Position numbers and translations under genes: made by a program. From assembly GCA_030390025.1 (NCBI GenBank), contig CM059431.1, positions 121,708,001 through 121,772,000 of the forward strand: a stretch of DNA of 64,000 bases, in the 5' to 3' direction. This DNA is from Squalus acanthias (lineage: Eukaryota). Under the pieces are notes generated by a model, which was given only the letters and a program-made list of their open reading frames with translations, was not told where the DNA came from and did no database searches. Below, one piece after another: positions 14,046-27,190 of the stretch (position 1 is the stretch's first letter; the number at the start of each line of letters is the position of its first letter).

Positions 14046-14383
14046 CTTCCTCATTAAACTGAGGAATGTCAATCATGAGGAATGGAATATTTTCTACTTT
14101 ATACACTTAAGGTTAGTATCATGCTCTCCCTGATGAAGTACACACTAACCAATTGCAAAGTCAGTCTCTACTCTGTTCCAACAATGTGCCTTATTTCCAA
14201 CCTTAGAGGAATATCCACTACTGCAATAGTATTACATTTTCGTCTAACACACCAACCATCTCATGTTCTTTTTGCGTACAGCTGAAGTCAGTTCTGATTT
14301 TGACAAATAGCCTAGTGGTTACTAGCAACCCAGTAGTTGTGAGCTTATTTCCCAACATGACAAGTAGTGAAATCGAATTCAAG

Positions 14384-15107
14384 GGCCTAAAAATTCAGTT
14401 GCTTTGCGCCTCCCGTTAATGCCCTAAGAGGGCGCAAACGGAGCACAAAGCAACTCGCGCCTGGGCGCGGCGTCGCCAATGCCTCCAGCGAAATTCAGCA
14501 GGAGGTTAGCAGCGGCGGTAACCGTTAGCGCTCTGTGGCGCTGCGCCGCCGGCGATGACGTCATCACCGTGCGCAGCGCCCCGCTCATGCCCCGGCCGCG
14601 ATCTTCCGTAGCCCCTCCTGAATTACCACCGGACGCTACGTTTGACGGGGTCAGGGGGGCCTACCTGCGGCCGGGGCGGCGCAAATGAAAGGGGAGGTGC
14701 CGGGCGGCCATTTTTGTTGCTGGCTGCCTGCCAGCTCCTACCCCCTCTGCCATCACCGGCCTCCTATGCAGCCCCCCCGCAGCGTGCCGGCTGCGCTCCA
14801 TGAGCCCCGCACTTTTGTTGAGTGCCAGGCTCTTTTTCCGGCACTCCGATCCCTGGTGGCCCAGCTGTGCTAGGCCCCTCCCCTTTAAGAAGGGGAGGAA
14901 GGCCTGCAGTACCGCGGCACGTAGCGCCACGATATTCACTCGCAGCGCCCCGAGAGGTAGACGGGGTGCTTCCAGTAGCACACCGCTTCCCTCTTGGGGT
15001 GCTAAAGGTGAATTTTGGTTGTGGGGGACGGTAATTTTTTCAGGGTACTAAAAGTAGCGCCCCGGCGATGTTTGCACCCCAAAGGGGCGCGACTCAATTT
15101 TTCCCCC
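14384..15107 (+). mobile_element. Harbinger-family MITE
   Basis: TIRs GGCCTAAAAATT / AATTTTTCCCCC; 3-bp TSD AAG; ends homologous to those of the 30420-34574 element; GC-rich and non-coding. Confidence 0.88.
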
Positions 15108-16084
15108 AAGGTGTTTCTTAACTTATGGGCTAGCACTTAAAAAATGATTATGAAAGCTGCCCGATTGTTTTAAAAACTCAACTGATTTACTAATATCCTC
15201 CAAGAAAGGAAACCTGCCACCCCAATCCACTCTCTACACATGATTCCAGTCCCACAATCTGTGGTCGACTCTTAATGCCCTCTGAAGTGGCCACCAAGTC
15301 ATTCAGTTGTAAAACAGCTGATACAAATATACAGAACAATAAAAGAATTGTTGAACAGACCTTTCGGCAAGGATCAAGACATTGGATTAAGAAAAGACTC
15401 AGGCAATACCAGCCCAATCGACTCTACAAAGTCCTCATCAATATCTGTTCCTGTGCTCAAGTTGGAGAGCTGTTTCTTAAGCAACAGCCTGACATAGTTG
15501 TCTTACTTCCACAACACCTCCCAGCCCCACAAGCTCCACTACCAAGAAGGATAAATCACTCTCATGAAAACACCATTACCTCCACGTTTCCATCTAAGTC
15601 ACACATGATGTTGACTTGGACATATACCATGGTTCCTCAGCAAAATACTGCGGATGCTGGAAATCCGAAATAACAACAGAAAACGCTGGAAAAACTCAGC
15701 AGGCCAGGCAGCATCCGCGGAGAGAGAAACAGAGTTAACGTTTCAGGTCGAAGACCTTTCGTCAGAACTGGAAAAAGCAGGAAATGAAATCGATTTAAAG
15801 CAAGGATAAAGCTGGGAAAAGGGGGAGGGGATGAAAGAACAAAAAGAGAGATTAAGAGACATTGAGAGACATTAAGAGATGATCAAGGCAAGAGGAGGTG
15901 TAAATGTGACAGGTTTAGGCTAAAAGAAGTGTGAAATGCACTGGCAGAATGAAGGACAGCTGCCAGCTTCGAGGAGGAAAAAAAAAAGGAGGGGGAGGGG
16001 CAAACAAAAGGGTGGATGAAAAAATAAAATATAAATGTGATAGGGGCTGAGATTATGATCTAAAATTGTTGAACTCGATCTTCC

Positions 16085-17192
16085 CCCCACGGCCGCCAAC
16101 CTCATAGTTCCCCAACCCCACACAGCCCGCTTCTACCTCCTTCCCAAGGTCCACAAACAGGACTGCCCCGGTAGACCCATCGTTTCAACCTGTTCTTGCC
16201 CCACGGAACTTATCTCTTCCTATCTCGACTCTATTTTTTCTCCCCTTGTCCAGTCTCTTCCCACCTACATCCGCGACTATTCCGAAGCCCTCCGCCACTT
16301 TAACAGTTTCCAGTTTCCTGGCCCCAACCGCCTCCTTTTCACTATGGACGTACAATCCCTCCACACCTCCATTCCCCACCAGGATGGCCTGAGGGCGCTC
16401 CGCTTCTTCCTTGAACAGAGGCCCAACCAGTTCCCATCCACCACCACCCTCCTCTGCCTGGCTGAACTTGTTCTCACATTGAACAACTTCTCCTTTGACT
16501 CCACCCATTTCCTCCAAATTAAAGGTGTTGCTATGGGTACCCGTATGGGTCCTAGCTATGCCTGCCTTTTCGTGGGATATGTGGAACACTCTTTGTTCCA
16601 GTCCTATTCGGGTCCCCTCCCTCACCTCTTTTTCCGGTACATTGATGACTGTATCGGTGCCGCCTCCTGCTCTCGCCCTGATCTAGAACATTTCATTCAC
16701 TATTCTTCCAATTTCCACCCTTCCCTCACCTTCACATGGTCCATCTCCGACTCTTCCCTTCCCTTCCTCGACTTCTCCGTCTCCATCTCTGGGGATAGGT
16801 TATTGACTAACATTCACTACAAGCCCACTGACTCCCACAGCTACCTGGACTACACTTCCTCCCACCCCGCCTCCTGTAAGGACTCTATTCCATGCTCCCA
16901 GTTTCTCCATCTCCGCCGCATCTGCTCTGACGATGCCACCTTCCATACCAGTGCTTCCGACATGTCTTCCTTTTTCCTCAACCAAGGATTCCCCTCTACT
17001 GTGGTTGACACGGCCCTCGACCGTGTCTGTTCTATCTCCCGCACTTCTGCCCTCACCCTTGCCCCTCCCTCCCGGAACCACGATAGAGTTCCCCTTGCCC
17101 TCACCTTTCACCCCACCAGCCTCCACATTCAACGGATCATCCTCCGCAAACCTACAGCCCTCTGGACTCAATATCGAGTTCAACAATTTTAG
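16085..17192 (+). pseudogene. Penelope-type reverse transcriptase fragment (GIY-YIG part deleted)
   Basis: 'RFYLLPKVHK..GRPIVS', 'MDVQSLHTSIP', 'QIKGVAMGTRMGPSYA', 'FRYIDD', 'LPFLD'. Confidence 0.92.
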
Positions 17193-17363
17193 ATCATAAT
17201 CTTAGCCCCTATCACATTTATATTTTATTTTTTCATCCACCCTTTTGTTTGCGCACCCCCCCTCTTTTTTTTTCTCCTAGAAGCTGGCAGCTGTCCTTCA
17301 TTCTGCCAGTGCATTTCACACTTCTTTTAGCCTCAACCTGTCACATTAACACCTCCTCTTGCC

Positions 17364-20300
17364 TGTAAGGGTTTTGTGTCTCAGACGGTGCTGGTGCGAG
17401 GTTAGGCCTTCGTTGCCTAATACTATTGCTTGCTCTGGTCTCCGGCCAGCCTTTTTGCAATAAGCACCTGTGAGTGGTTCGACCCACTCGCCCTTACGGT
17501 TCTAACACTGGACTTAGGTGCAGGAGCAGTAATGCAGAGAAAAACTCAAATAGACCCGGTTGAATAGTACGAAATGGAAATCTTTATTGCATAGCGTCCA
17601 GAATCATGAAGTACATGTCATAGGCGCAAATCAACAAGAGTACAAGTATACATACATTCATAAAGCTTGGTCTACGATAATGAAGAACGCACGGCACGTC
17701 GTAAAAAGGGGAACACATTATACTTTATCCTTAATAAAACCACCCTCCCTTATCAATACCTACACTACGTCTAGATTTGTAGGATCGGGAAACATGCTCA
17801 CCACTCGTGTTACTTCAGAGAATTTTAAAGTGAGGCACTCGGCTCGTTTCGCTGCAGCACCTGACTGTCACGTGTTTGGAAGGGTCTCTGTACCCCACTT
17901 GTTTATTTTCGCTTCTGCGACAAGCAGCCCAGACTCCCTGTTGTCATGAAGAAGTCGGTGGACCCAAACCGGATCGTGCAGTAACCCGTAGAATTCAGAA
18001 GAATGAGTTCTGTATTTATATTTTCGGGCGCGGTCGGGGTTTACTGACCGTGGCGGCACGTGGATTCTTCTTCTTTTCTTGTCGTTTCGTCTTGTCTTTT
18101 CGGGCCTTCGGGTCCAGACACCGTTTACCGACCCTCGGGATGGTGCACCCTGCTACTTGCCCTTGTCGGGGCGGCTCGTCCCGATTGAGCTCCACCCAAC
18201 ATTCGACCAGTGCGGCTAAAAGTCAAGAGTCAACAAAGTCCAGAGAACCACAAAAGGCTGCTCGTCCAGCAGAGCGATACCCGAGGATCAGAATAAGAGA
18301 ATAAGAGAGCGATGGACATTTGTTCACTATAGTTATAGTGCTGTGTCCCTTGTCTCCCGCTCAAATCTTAATGTTTGTCCTTTGTGCAATATTGGCGCTC
18401 AAAACTCCCAGCATGGGGCGATTCTTCTCTTTAACGGGTTTCGGTAGCACCTGAAACTGGCCAACTACCCGTTAATGTTTTCCCCATTGTTGACCCAGCC
18501 AGGATCGTATGAATCGTATCCCTGACTGGTTTTGGGGGCCCCCGAATACTTGCTTAATCACCCGTCGATGTCTCTCTCATTGTAGAGCCGTGGGGGTATT
18601 TGTGTATTGATGTGTCTGGATGGGCCTTCGATTGCCCAGTACAATGGTCCTTACTTGTGCATGAAAAATGATTCCAGCCCTTATTGTAAGGGGTGACCTG
18701 CGGCTCTGTGCTTAGCCTGGGTGCTAGTGCGAGGTTAGGCCTTGTTGCCTGTTCTGGTCTCCAGCCAGCCTGATAACACTAGACACCTGTGAGTGGTTCG
18801 ACCCGCTCGCCCTTACGGTTCTGACACTGGACTTAGGTGCGAGAGCAATAATGCAGAGAAAGACTCAGGTAGACCCGGTCGAATAGTGCGAAATGGAAAA
18901 TCTTTATTGCATATTATTCAAGATTACGAGATACATGTCAGAAGCACAGATTAACGACAGTACAATCTTACACACAGTTATGAAACTAATTTTAGGGAAA
19001 CGAGGAGCGCATGACACATCGTAAAAGGGGACACACATTATAATTATCCTTAAAACTTAAACCCTCCCCTATCAATACCTGTCCTAATCTAGATTTGTCG
19101 GATCGAGACTCATGCTCACCACTCGTGATAACTCGGAGAATTCCGAAACTCTGCCCAGATGGTTTTACCACAGCACCTGACTATCCACGTGTTGATCAGG
19201 GGTCTCTGTACCCCACTTGTTTACTCGCTTCTGCTCCGGCTAGCAGGCTGGACCGTCTGCTGTCATGAAGATCTGTGTTGTCCTCGGAGTTCCGATACTA
19301 CTCAAAGAAGAGTCTTCCTGTGCCCTACACCGGTTCGATAGAACTCGAAGAAGGGTCTCCCTAGGCCAGTTGTGGAGTAGCCGATAAAATTCGAAGATGT
19401 GTTTATTCGACTTACAGGCGCGGTCGGGGCTTACTGACCGTGGCGATGCGTATTGTCGTCTTCTTCTCTTCTCATCTCATCTCATCTCATCTCATCTCCT
19501 CTCGGGCCTTCGGTTCTAACACCGTTTACCGACTTCTCGGGATGGTGCGCCCGCTTCCAGGCCTCACAGCCCAGTTCTCCACAGATCTTCGCGGCAAGCC
19601 ACGAGGTTGATCCTAGCGGATCAGGGTCCAGAGCCGTCAGGCAAGAGAATAAAAGTTCAGCAGCCTTCCAGCGAGTCAAAGCAGCAAGGGAAAGATGGAC
19701 GGTTGTACCTTACAGTTATAGTGCTGTAATTCCTCTTTTCCCGCCCAACCTTAATGTCTATCTTTTGTCAGGGTTTTGGCGCTCAAACCTCTTGTATGGG
19801 GTGATCTCAGTCTTTAATGGGTTTCGGTGATACTTGTAACTGTCTGAGTACCCGTTAATATTTCTCCCATTGTGGAATCGGCTAGTAGTCTTCCTGGAGG
19901 GGTTTTGGGGCTTCCAAATGCTTGCTGTAAGTACCCGCAAACGGCTCTCTCATCGTAGAGTCGTGGGGATTTTGCATATTAATGTCTTTGGATGGGTCCT
20001 TGATCGCTCAGTACAATAGCCCTTATTTGCACCCGGGAGACCGATTCCAGTATTCATGTTTAAAATGCAAACCCATCATGTCTTGTCATTTATCTCAAAT
20101 GTGCTGAGTCCTGTACGATCTTGCACAAATGTTTATTGGAACGCCATCTTGTCTGCCCACTGAAAGTCTAGAACTTTCTGCCACGAGGCGTGGCGGCCAT
20201 TTTACAGGCTGTTTGTGTCCGTTTTGAAACCTGACAGCATTCTGCTGAAATAAAAGCTGTTTGTACGAAACATTATGTCTCCTTCTTATTTTATAAAATC

Positions 20301-20594
20301 GCGATAATTTTGCGAATTCTACATTATATCTTTGCTATTGTTCCAAATGCAAAACAGGTTGCATCCTGTCTTTATCAGTGTTTACCGAGTATGATCCAAT
20401 TTTATACTAAATGTTTATTCGACGCCATCTTGTCTGCCCACTGTATTTCTGGAAGCTTCTGCCATGATGCGCGGCGGCCATTTTACAGGCTTCTGTGTCC
20501 TTTATATCTTGACAGCATTTCGTTTAATAAAACTGATCAAACGAATCTGCTTCTATCTTGTTATTTTGAATCGCGATAATTGCGAAACTTTACA
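17364..20594 (-). mobile_element. Solo LTR, family B (related to A), interrupted by a family A LTR
   Basis: TGTA...TACA termini; TSD TGCC (17360-17363/20595-20598). The empty site is visible in the PLE inverted copy. Colinear similarity to family A. Confidence 0.9.
18685..20323 (-). mobile_element. Solo LTR, family A
   Basis: Reverse complement of 3396-5044; TSD TTAT (18681-18684/20324-20327). Confidence 0.93.
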
Positions 20595-22225
20595 TGCCTT
20601 GATCATCTCTTAATGTCTCTCAATTTCTCTTAATCTCTCCTTTTATTCTTTCATCCCCTCCCCCTTTTCCCAGCTTTATCCTTGCTTTAAATCTATTTCA
20701 TTTCCTGCTTTTTCCAGTTCTGACGAAAGATCTTCGACCTGAAACGTTAACTCTGTTTCTCTCTCCACGGATGCTGCCTGGCCTGCTGAGTTTTTCCAGC
20801 GTTTTCTGTTGTTATTACCATGGTTCCTTCATCATCTCTGGGTTAAATTCCTGGAATTACTTACCGAGCACCATCATCACAAGAACTGCAGTAGTTCAAG
20901 GAAAAGATCGACTAGTATTTTCTCAGAGCAACTAAAGATGGGCAATAAATGCAATCTTGACAGCGTTGCCCACATCTTAAGAATGAATTAAAAAAAACTT
21001 CTGCCATTTCAATCAGCTGTGTTTACAAACAGAGCAGAGATACACAGCTAACTGTTCTGTATCTCAACTCTGTGAGCTCAACATTTGGTGATCTGAACGT
21101 TGAAGCCTAAAAATCCATCTGGAAAATTACTGCATTGATTAACTTCACCCCTCTGCCTGCAGAAATGGGGCCATTATGTGGCTTAACCACCTAAATGTAA
21201 AATTATAGTTGTTGCTCTACATCTACATCAGGCATACAAAGTAATAGTAGTAGCTTGCATTAACATCAATTATCAAATTTAAATTAAGCTGAACATTTGC
21301 AGCAAGTGCACTTTAGACTGGTGTAAGAGGAAGATGTGCACATTGTTTTTTGGGTAAGATCCAGCAAAACGGATTTTCTGCCCGCTATCCCAACTTGAAC
21401 ATTCGATGATGACGATCACACTGGCTGGATGTTAGGCCCAGGTATATTCACCAGAATATTGCTAAGGGTCAAATGTCGTCTATCTCACAAAACCACCAAG
21501 GAAGATGGATGCATCTCTCCCACTAAAATATCAGCGAAAATGAACACAAACTTTGTTAATCACGAGGGATCATATGGACATCTATTCATTCGACAGCTCG
21601 GTGGTGATACCTAGGATTTGAACTAAGACTAAAGCTATGAATCAAATTTCTAAAACATAAATCAAGTAAATGAACAGTACTCAGTAACAATGAGTGTAAT
21701 TACAGTGATTTGCTATCCTCCTCAAAAAGGTCAAAACAAGATGCTTTTCCTGAACTACTTCTCAATTTAAAATTGATCTTTGAAACATGGCTGGCCACTT
21801 CTTACGCGGATTAACGTTATCATGGTGCCAGGGTCAGCTCAATCTCTCTTCTCGCTTTAAACTGACTGACTCCCTGAACTTATGCAGAAAAATATAAACT
21901 CACAGCCAGAAGCTCCTGTCCACAGAGGGACTATAAAGAATCATTGGCCCAGCTACCCATACAGACTCGACTCATATCTTCATCCCAGACACAGCTGTCA
22001 ATCAAAACCACAAACCCACGATATCAATCACCAAGGAGGTTTAGAATTTATGAGTTTGACTCGATTCATTGATCTGTGTCAAATATTTAAAAATACCTGC
22101 TATAAATTCTATACAGCTTGCATCAAACAGCTAACAATAACTGACCTTAACACCATGTGTGCATTATGGCCAGTAATAAAAAAAATCTAATAGATAATCT
22201 GACAAAGACAAAAACAAAATGCAAT

Positions 22226-22970
22226 GGAAAAATTGAGTCGCGCCCCCTTTGGGGCGCTAACTTCGCCAGGACGCTACTGTTAGCGCCCCGTAAAAATAAG
22301 CGCCCCCGCGCCGGAAATTGAGTGGTTGCACCCCAAAAGGGAAGCAGGGGCTACTGGAAGCACCCCGCATCCCTCTTGGGGCGCTGCGAGTCAATATCGT
22401 GGCTCTACGTGCTACAGCGCCAGGCGCTGCGGCACGTCACACCGCGGTATTGCAGGCCTTCCTCCCCTTCTTAAAGGGGAGGGGCCTTGCGCAGCACGAA
22501 CTGGGGCCCAGCTGGGCCCCCAGGGATCGAGAGTGCCGGCAAAAGAGCCCGGCACTCAAGAGAAGTGCCGGGCTCTTGGAGCGCAGCCGGCACTTCGTGG
22601 GGCTGGGGGGGGGGGCTTCACGGGGGCTGGGGACAGCAACGGGGGCAGGTGCTGGCAGGCGGCCGACAACAAAAATGGCCGCCCGCCACCTCCCCTTTAA
22701 CTAGCGCTGCCCCGGCCGCAGGTAGGCCCCCCTGACCCCGTCGGACATAGCGTCCGGCGGTAAGTCAAGGGGTGCTACCGAAGATCGCGGCCGGAGCGCG
22801 AGCGGGGCACTGCGAATGGCGATGACGTCATCGCCGGTGGCGCAGCGCCACAGGGCGCTACCGGTTAGCACCGCCGCTAACCTCCCGCTAAATTTCGCGG
22901 GAGGCGTGGGCAGCGCTGCACCCGGGCGCCAGTTGCTTTGCGAGGCGCAAACCAACTGAATTTTTCCCCC
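22226..22970 (-). mobile_element. Harbinger-family MITE, same family as 14384-15107
   Basis: Reverse-complement similarity to 14384-15107; TIR AATTTTTCCCCC ends at 22970; left TIR truncated. Confidence 0.85.
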
Positions 22971-22999
22971 TTTATTTTTGTTATTTATCATTTTTCACG

Positions 23000-23445
23000 A
23001 GTGTTAGCCTTGGCTCAGTGCTAGCGCTTTTACTACTGAGTTAGAAAGTTGTGGGTTCAATTCCCACTTTAGAGACTTAAGCAGGTCATCCAGGCTGACA
23101 CTTCAGAGCAGTACCAAGGGAAAGCTGTATTTTTGGTGGTACCATTTTTTAGATGAGATATTAAATTGAGTCCCCATCTGCCCTCTTATGTGGACATGAA
23201 AGATCCCATGGCACTGTTTGAAGAAGTGCTGTTCTCCTGGCCAACATTTATCATTCAACCAATACTGCCAATAAACAGATTTACTGCTTTTTGCTGTTTG
23301 TGGAATCTTGCTGTGGGTAAATTGGCTGCTGTGTTTCCCAAAATTACAACAGTGATTGCATTCACAAAGTATGACATTGGCTGCGAACCACCTTCGGACA
23401 TCATGAGATCATGAATGGTAAGATGGAAATGTAAGTTCTTTCTTT
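23000..23445 (+). mobile_element. Degraded Deu-domain SINE
   Basis: tRNA head 'ttggctcagtg...gggttcaattccc' and 'aaagatcccatggcact' core. Confidence 0.75.
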
Positions 23446-23984
23446 CTTGATAGGGGCATGCTCAAGGATGCCAAAGAGGACAACACTCCTTTGTTGCACT
23501 TCTTCCAAGTGCACCTCTAAAACTGCATTAAAAAACAGAACATAACTGCTCTTTCCTGCAGCCAGTTCTCCTGTTTACCTCACAACAATTAAGGTGTGCC
23601 TTTATGTAACAGCTGTAGCTATTAAGAACTGCAGCTACCTCCAATTTCCCACCGCCTGATGAATGCGAGCTCTGAACAAGCATCACATTTGCTGCTCCAT
23701 TACACTGCTGGCTTATCTTCATGAACAGAATTGTTTCCCTTCATATGTGGACCTAACTTGCATTTAACATGGAAAGAACATCCCAAGGCACATTATTGAG
23801 AGTTATGGGGGAAAAATGGATATTAGAAGGGGCTACTAAAAGCTTCATCAACATGTGGTTTTTAAGGAGGTTCTTACGGGAGGAGGAGGAGATTGAGAGT
23901 TGGAGGGGTTTAGGGAAGGAATTCCTGAGCATGAGACCTGGATGGCTGAAAGCACAGCCGCCAATGGTGGGATGAAAAGATGGG

Positions 23985-24515
23985 GAACATAAGAACATAA
24001 GAATTAGAAGCAGGAGTAGGCCATTCAATGAGATCATGGCTGATCTTCTGCCTCAACTCCATTCACTGGCTCTATCGTCATATCCCTTGATGCCTTTACT
24101 AGCCAGAAATCTATCGACATCTGTTTTGAATATTCCCAATGACTGAGCCTCCACAGCCCTCTGGGGTAGAGAATTCCAAAGATTCACCACCTTCTGTGTG
24201 AAGAAATTTCTTCTCATCTCAGTCCTGAATGGCCTACCCTTTATCCTGAGGCTGTGGCCCCTGGTTCTAGACTCCCCAGCCAAGGGAAACATTCTCCCAG
24301 CATCCACCCTATCAAGCCTTGTAATAATTTTGTATGCTTCAATGGGATCCCCTCTCATTCTTCTGAATTCAAGAGAATACAGACCTAGTTTACTCAATCT
24401 CTTCTCATACGACAGTCCCGCCATCCCAGGAATCAATCTCGTGAAACTTCATTGCACTCCCTCTATGGCAAGTATATCCTTCCTTAGGTAAGGAGACCAA
24501 AATTGTACACAGTGA
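23985..24515 (-). mobile_element. CR1 LINE 3' fragment within older L2-like sequence
   Basis: ORF 24053-24436 'LYSLEFRRMRGD..RNFFTQKVVNLWNSLP'; (aacataag) tail. Confidence 0.88.
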
Positions 24516-24715
24516 AAATGCACAATAGGCTGGAATCGGAGGAATGGAGAATTTGGGAAGACAGGTTGTAGTACTGGAGAAAGTTACAGAGATAGGGAAA
24601 AGTGAGGCCAGGGAGGGATTTAAAAACAAATGGTTGTAAATTTAAAATCTGTGGGCATTAGTGGACCAGAAGCCATCTACAAGAGGCAATATATACATAA
24701 GGAAGAAGAAAGGGT

Positions 24716-27116
24716 TGTAAGGTTTCCAAAATTTGCAGATCCTCAAAACCTAAGGAAATTAGACTTTGGAACTACCTCAGAGTGATAAAAATGCATTTGG
24801 GACTAACGTAAGGAATTTAAAACCAAAAAACAAGTTTTGGCATTTTAAACATAGAAACATAGAAACATAAAAGATAGGAGCAGGAGTAGGCCATTCGGCC
24901 CCTCGAGCCTGCTCCGCCATTCGATGAGATCATGGCTGATCATCCAAATTCAGTACCCTGTACCTGCCTTCTCCCCATATCCCTTGATACCTTTAGCTTT
25001 AAGAAATATATCTAACTCATTCTTCAATATATTTAATGACTTGGCCTCAACTACCTTCTGTGGTAGAGAATTCCACAGGTTCACCACTCTCTGGGTGAAG
25101 AAATTCTTCCTAATTTCTGTCCTAAATGGCTTACCCCTTATCCTTAGACTGTGACCCCTGGTTCTGGATTCCCCGACCATCGGGAACATCCTTCCTGCAT
25201 CTAGTTTGTCCAGACCTGTCAGAGTTTTATATGTTTCGATGAGATCCCCTCTCATTCTTCTATATTCCAGCGAGTACAAGCCCAATCGACCCAATCTCTC
25301 CTCATGTGTCATTCCTGCCATCCCAGGTATTAGCCTTGTGAATCTTCGCTGAACTCCTTCCATGGCAAGAACATCCTTCTTCAGATAAGGCGACCAAAAC
25401 TGCACACAGTACTCAAGCTGTGGTCTCACCAAGGCCCTGTACAACTGCAGCAGGACATCCCTGTTCCTATACTCAAACCTTTCGCTATGAAGGCCAACAT
25501 ACCATTTGCCTTCTTCACCGCCTGCTGCACCTGGATGCTTACCTTCAGCGACTGGTGCACAAGGACACCCAGGTCTCGTGGCACTTCCCCTTCTCCCAAT
25601 CTATTGCCATTCAGATAAAACTATGTCTGGGCCTGTAAAGGGACAAGGAGGTGGGTACAACCTCTGTAAAAGCAGTTTGGTTATTGCAGTTAATTGCACT
25701 GTCTGGGGAACCGGGATGACCTCACTCAAGCCCCAGCAGAAATTAACATTTGAACAATAGACCCAGGGAAAGAGCAGTCCCACCCAAAATACAGGCCCCA
25801 TCAAAACCGATTACAGGGCCCATCAGAAACATACATATTAAAACCCACTCAGGACCATTCTATAGAAAGACCGAGTCCAGCCAAGAAACCCAAACACAAA
25901 ATCAATCACCAGTTATCAACCAAGGAGATCGACAGGATGCAAGCCATCCCAAAAGCCATTTGACACTTACAGAGCGGTTACTGGTAACAGGCCCGCCAAA
26001 ATCAGACAATGAACTGAGCAGATTTGGCGAGTAGATAAGGCCATGTTCAATGGGTGAGATTGAAGGCCTGTTAAAAAACCAATTAACACGCTAGTAAATC
26101 GTTGCCGGTTAACGAGCCCGCCAAAACCAGACAATGAACTGAGTAGATTTGACGGGTAGATAAGGCCACTTCAATTCCATATAATTGAAGGCCCATTAAG
26201 CACTCAGGTGATCATCAGAAGAAGAAGAAGCAAGGAAGAAGACAAGCCGAGCTGGAAGCGAGTCGGCATCGCTCACCACTCAGACACACCTGAGTCCAGC
26301 TCGTGAAGATACCACCTCGACGGACCTCCAACAACGGTCCCAACACAGTCACCCGGAGCAACAAGCAGCAACAAGTTACCGACAGCTCCACGAGGTCGAC
26401 CGACACACTAGACAAGGCGTAAAACCATCGCGGAAACCAAAGGCCCCAAGAAACCAACAACTGCATATTACCCCCAACTGACCGGGTCATAGCAGGCCAC
26501 CGCGACCAACAAAGACCAACTCAAGGGAAGAAAAACCCGAAAAACCACAAGTGTCCACACTACAAACTACTCCTGACTTACCCCTGGGTAAGATTCTCCC
26601 CAAAGACTCTAAACCCTACTGCTAAACCAAAGAAATTGGGTACTCACCAGATAAATCCATAATGACATCCTACCGCATCAGCAGACTCGCGAAGACTGAC
26701 CAGATATGCAGGTGAAGTGCTCTACCGTGTACGGGGTACAGCAGACACTAACCGCCATAAAAAGCAAACCCCAAAACCGCGATTTAGCCCAACTGTCAAA
26801 GGATTGGTGAGCATTATCCCTGGTCCTTCAAAACCTAACTTAGCTAGTAAAGCGGGGTTGGGAGGGGTGAAGTATTGTTCTACTGTCATTTCCCTCGCTT
26901 GTACCGAAGTGTTCCCCACCTTTAGAGTATTAAGAGTGTTATTATTTGTGTCTTACCTTTTATTAAAGATTGAAGTTCTTTCATCAAACTCAGTTGTCTG
27001 CTGCACCTTTTGTCACAACCCCCAAATAAGTCCAAGGTCTAGAACCAAGGGAGTGGGAGAGATTCGAACCGCTCAGAAGTCAGAGGTGAAGCTGACACAA
27101 ACCACCACCCCCTACA
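24716..27116 (+). repeat. 5' LTR (contains a CR1 insertion)
   Basis: TGTAAGGTTTCC...CCCCCTACA; direct repeat of 40111-41735 once 24850-25615 is removed. Confidence 0.95.
24850..25615 (-). mobile_element. CR1 LINE 3' fragment inserted in the 5' LTR
   Basis: ORF 24950-25444 'YRALVRPQLEYCVQFWSP'; (acatagaa) tail; absent from the 3' LTR. Confidence 0.92.
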
Positions 27117-27119
27117 TAA

Positions 27120-27137
27120 TGGCGACCGCGGCAGGAC
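27120..27137 (+). promoter_or_regulatory. Primer binding site, tRNA-Arg(UCG)-type
   Basis: TGGCGACCGCGGCAGGAC lies 3 nt after the LTR and complements the recalled vertebrate tRNA-Arg(TCG) 3' end GTCCTGCCGCGGTCGCCA. Confidence 0.85.
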
Positions 27138-27190
27138 CTTGGCAAAAGGGATGTGATGCAGTGGACACTGTTTTTGAGGAGAGAACCAAG

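Larger units (their letters stand above)
15638..20815 (+). mobile_element. Penelope-like element with an inverted 5' copy of its 3' end, interrupted by LTRs
   Basis: 13-bp TSD TACCATGGTTCCT (15625-15637/20816-20828). 15638-16080 is the reverse complement of 17175-17363 plus 20599-20815. Confidence 0.9.

Noticed and set aside
26717..27190. N-terminal extension of the 365-aa ORF
   Set aside because: It runs through U5 and the PBS from a non-ATG start; gag more plausibly begins at ATG 27191.
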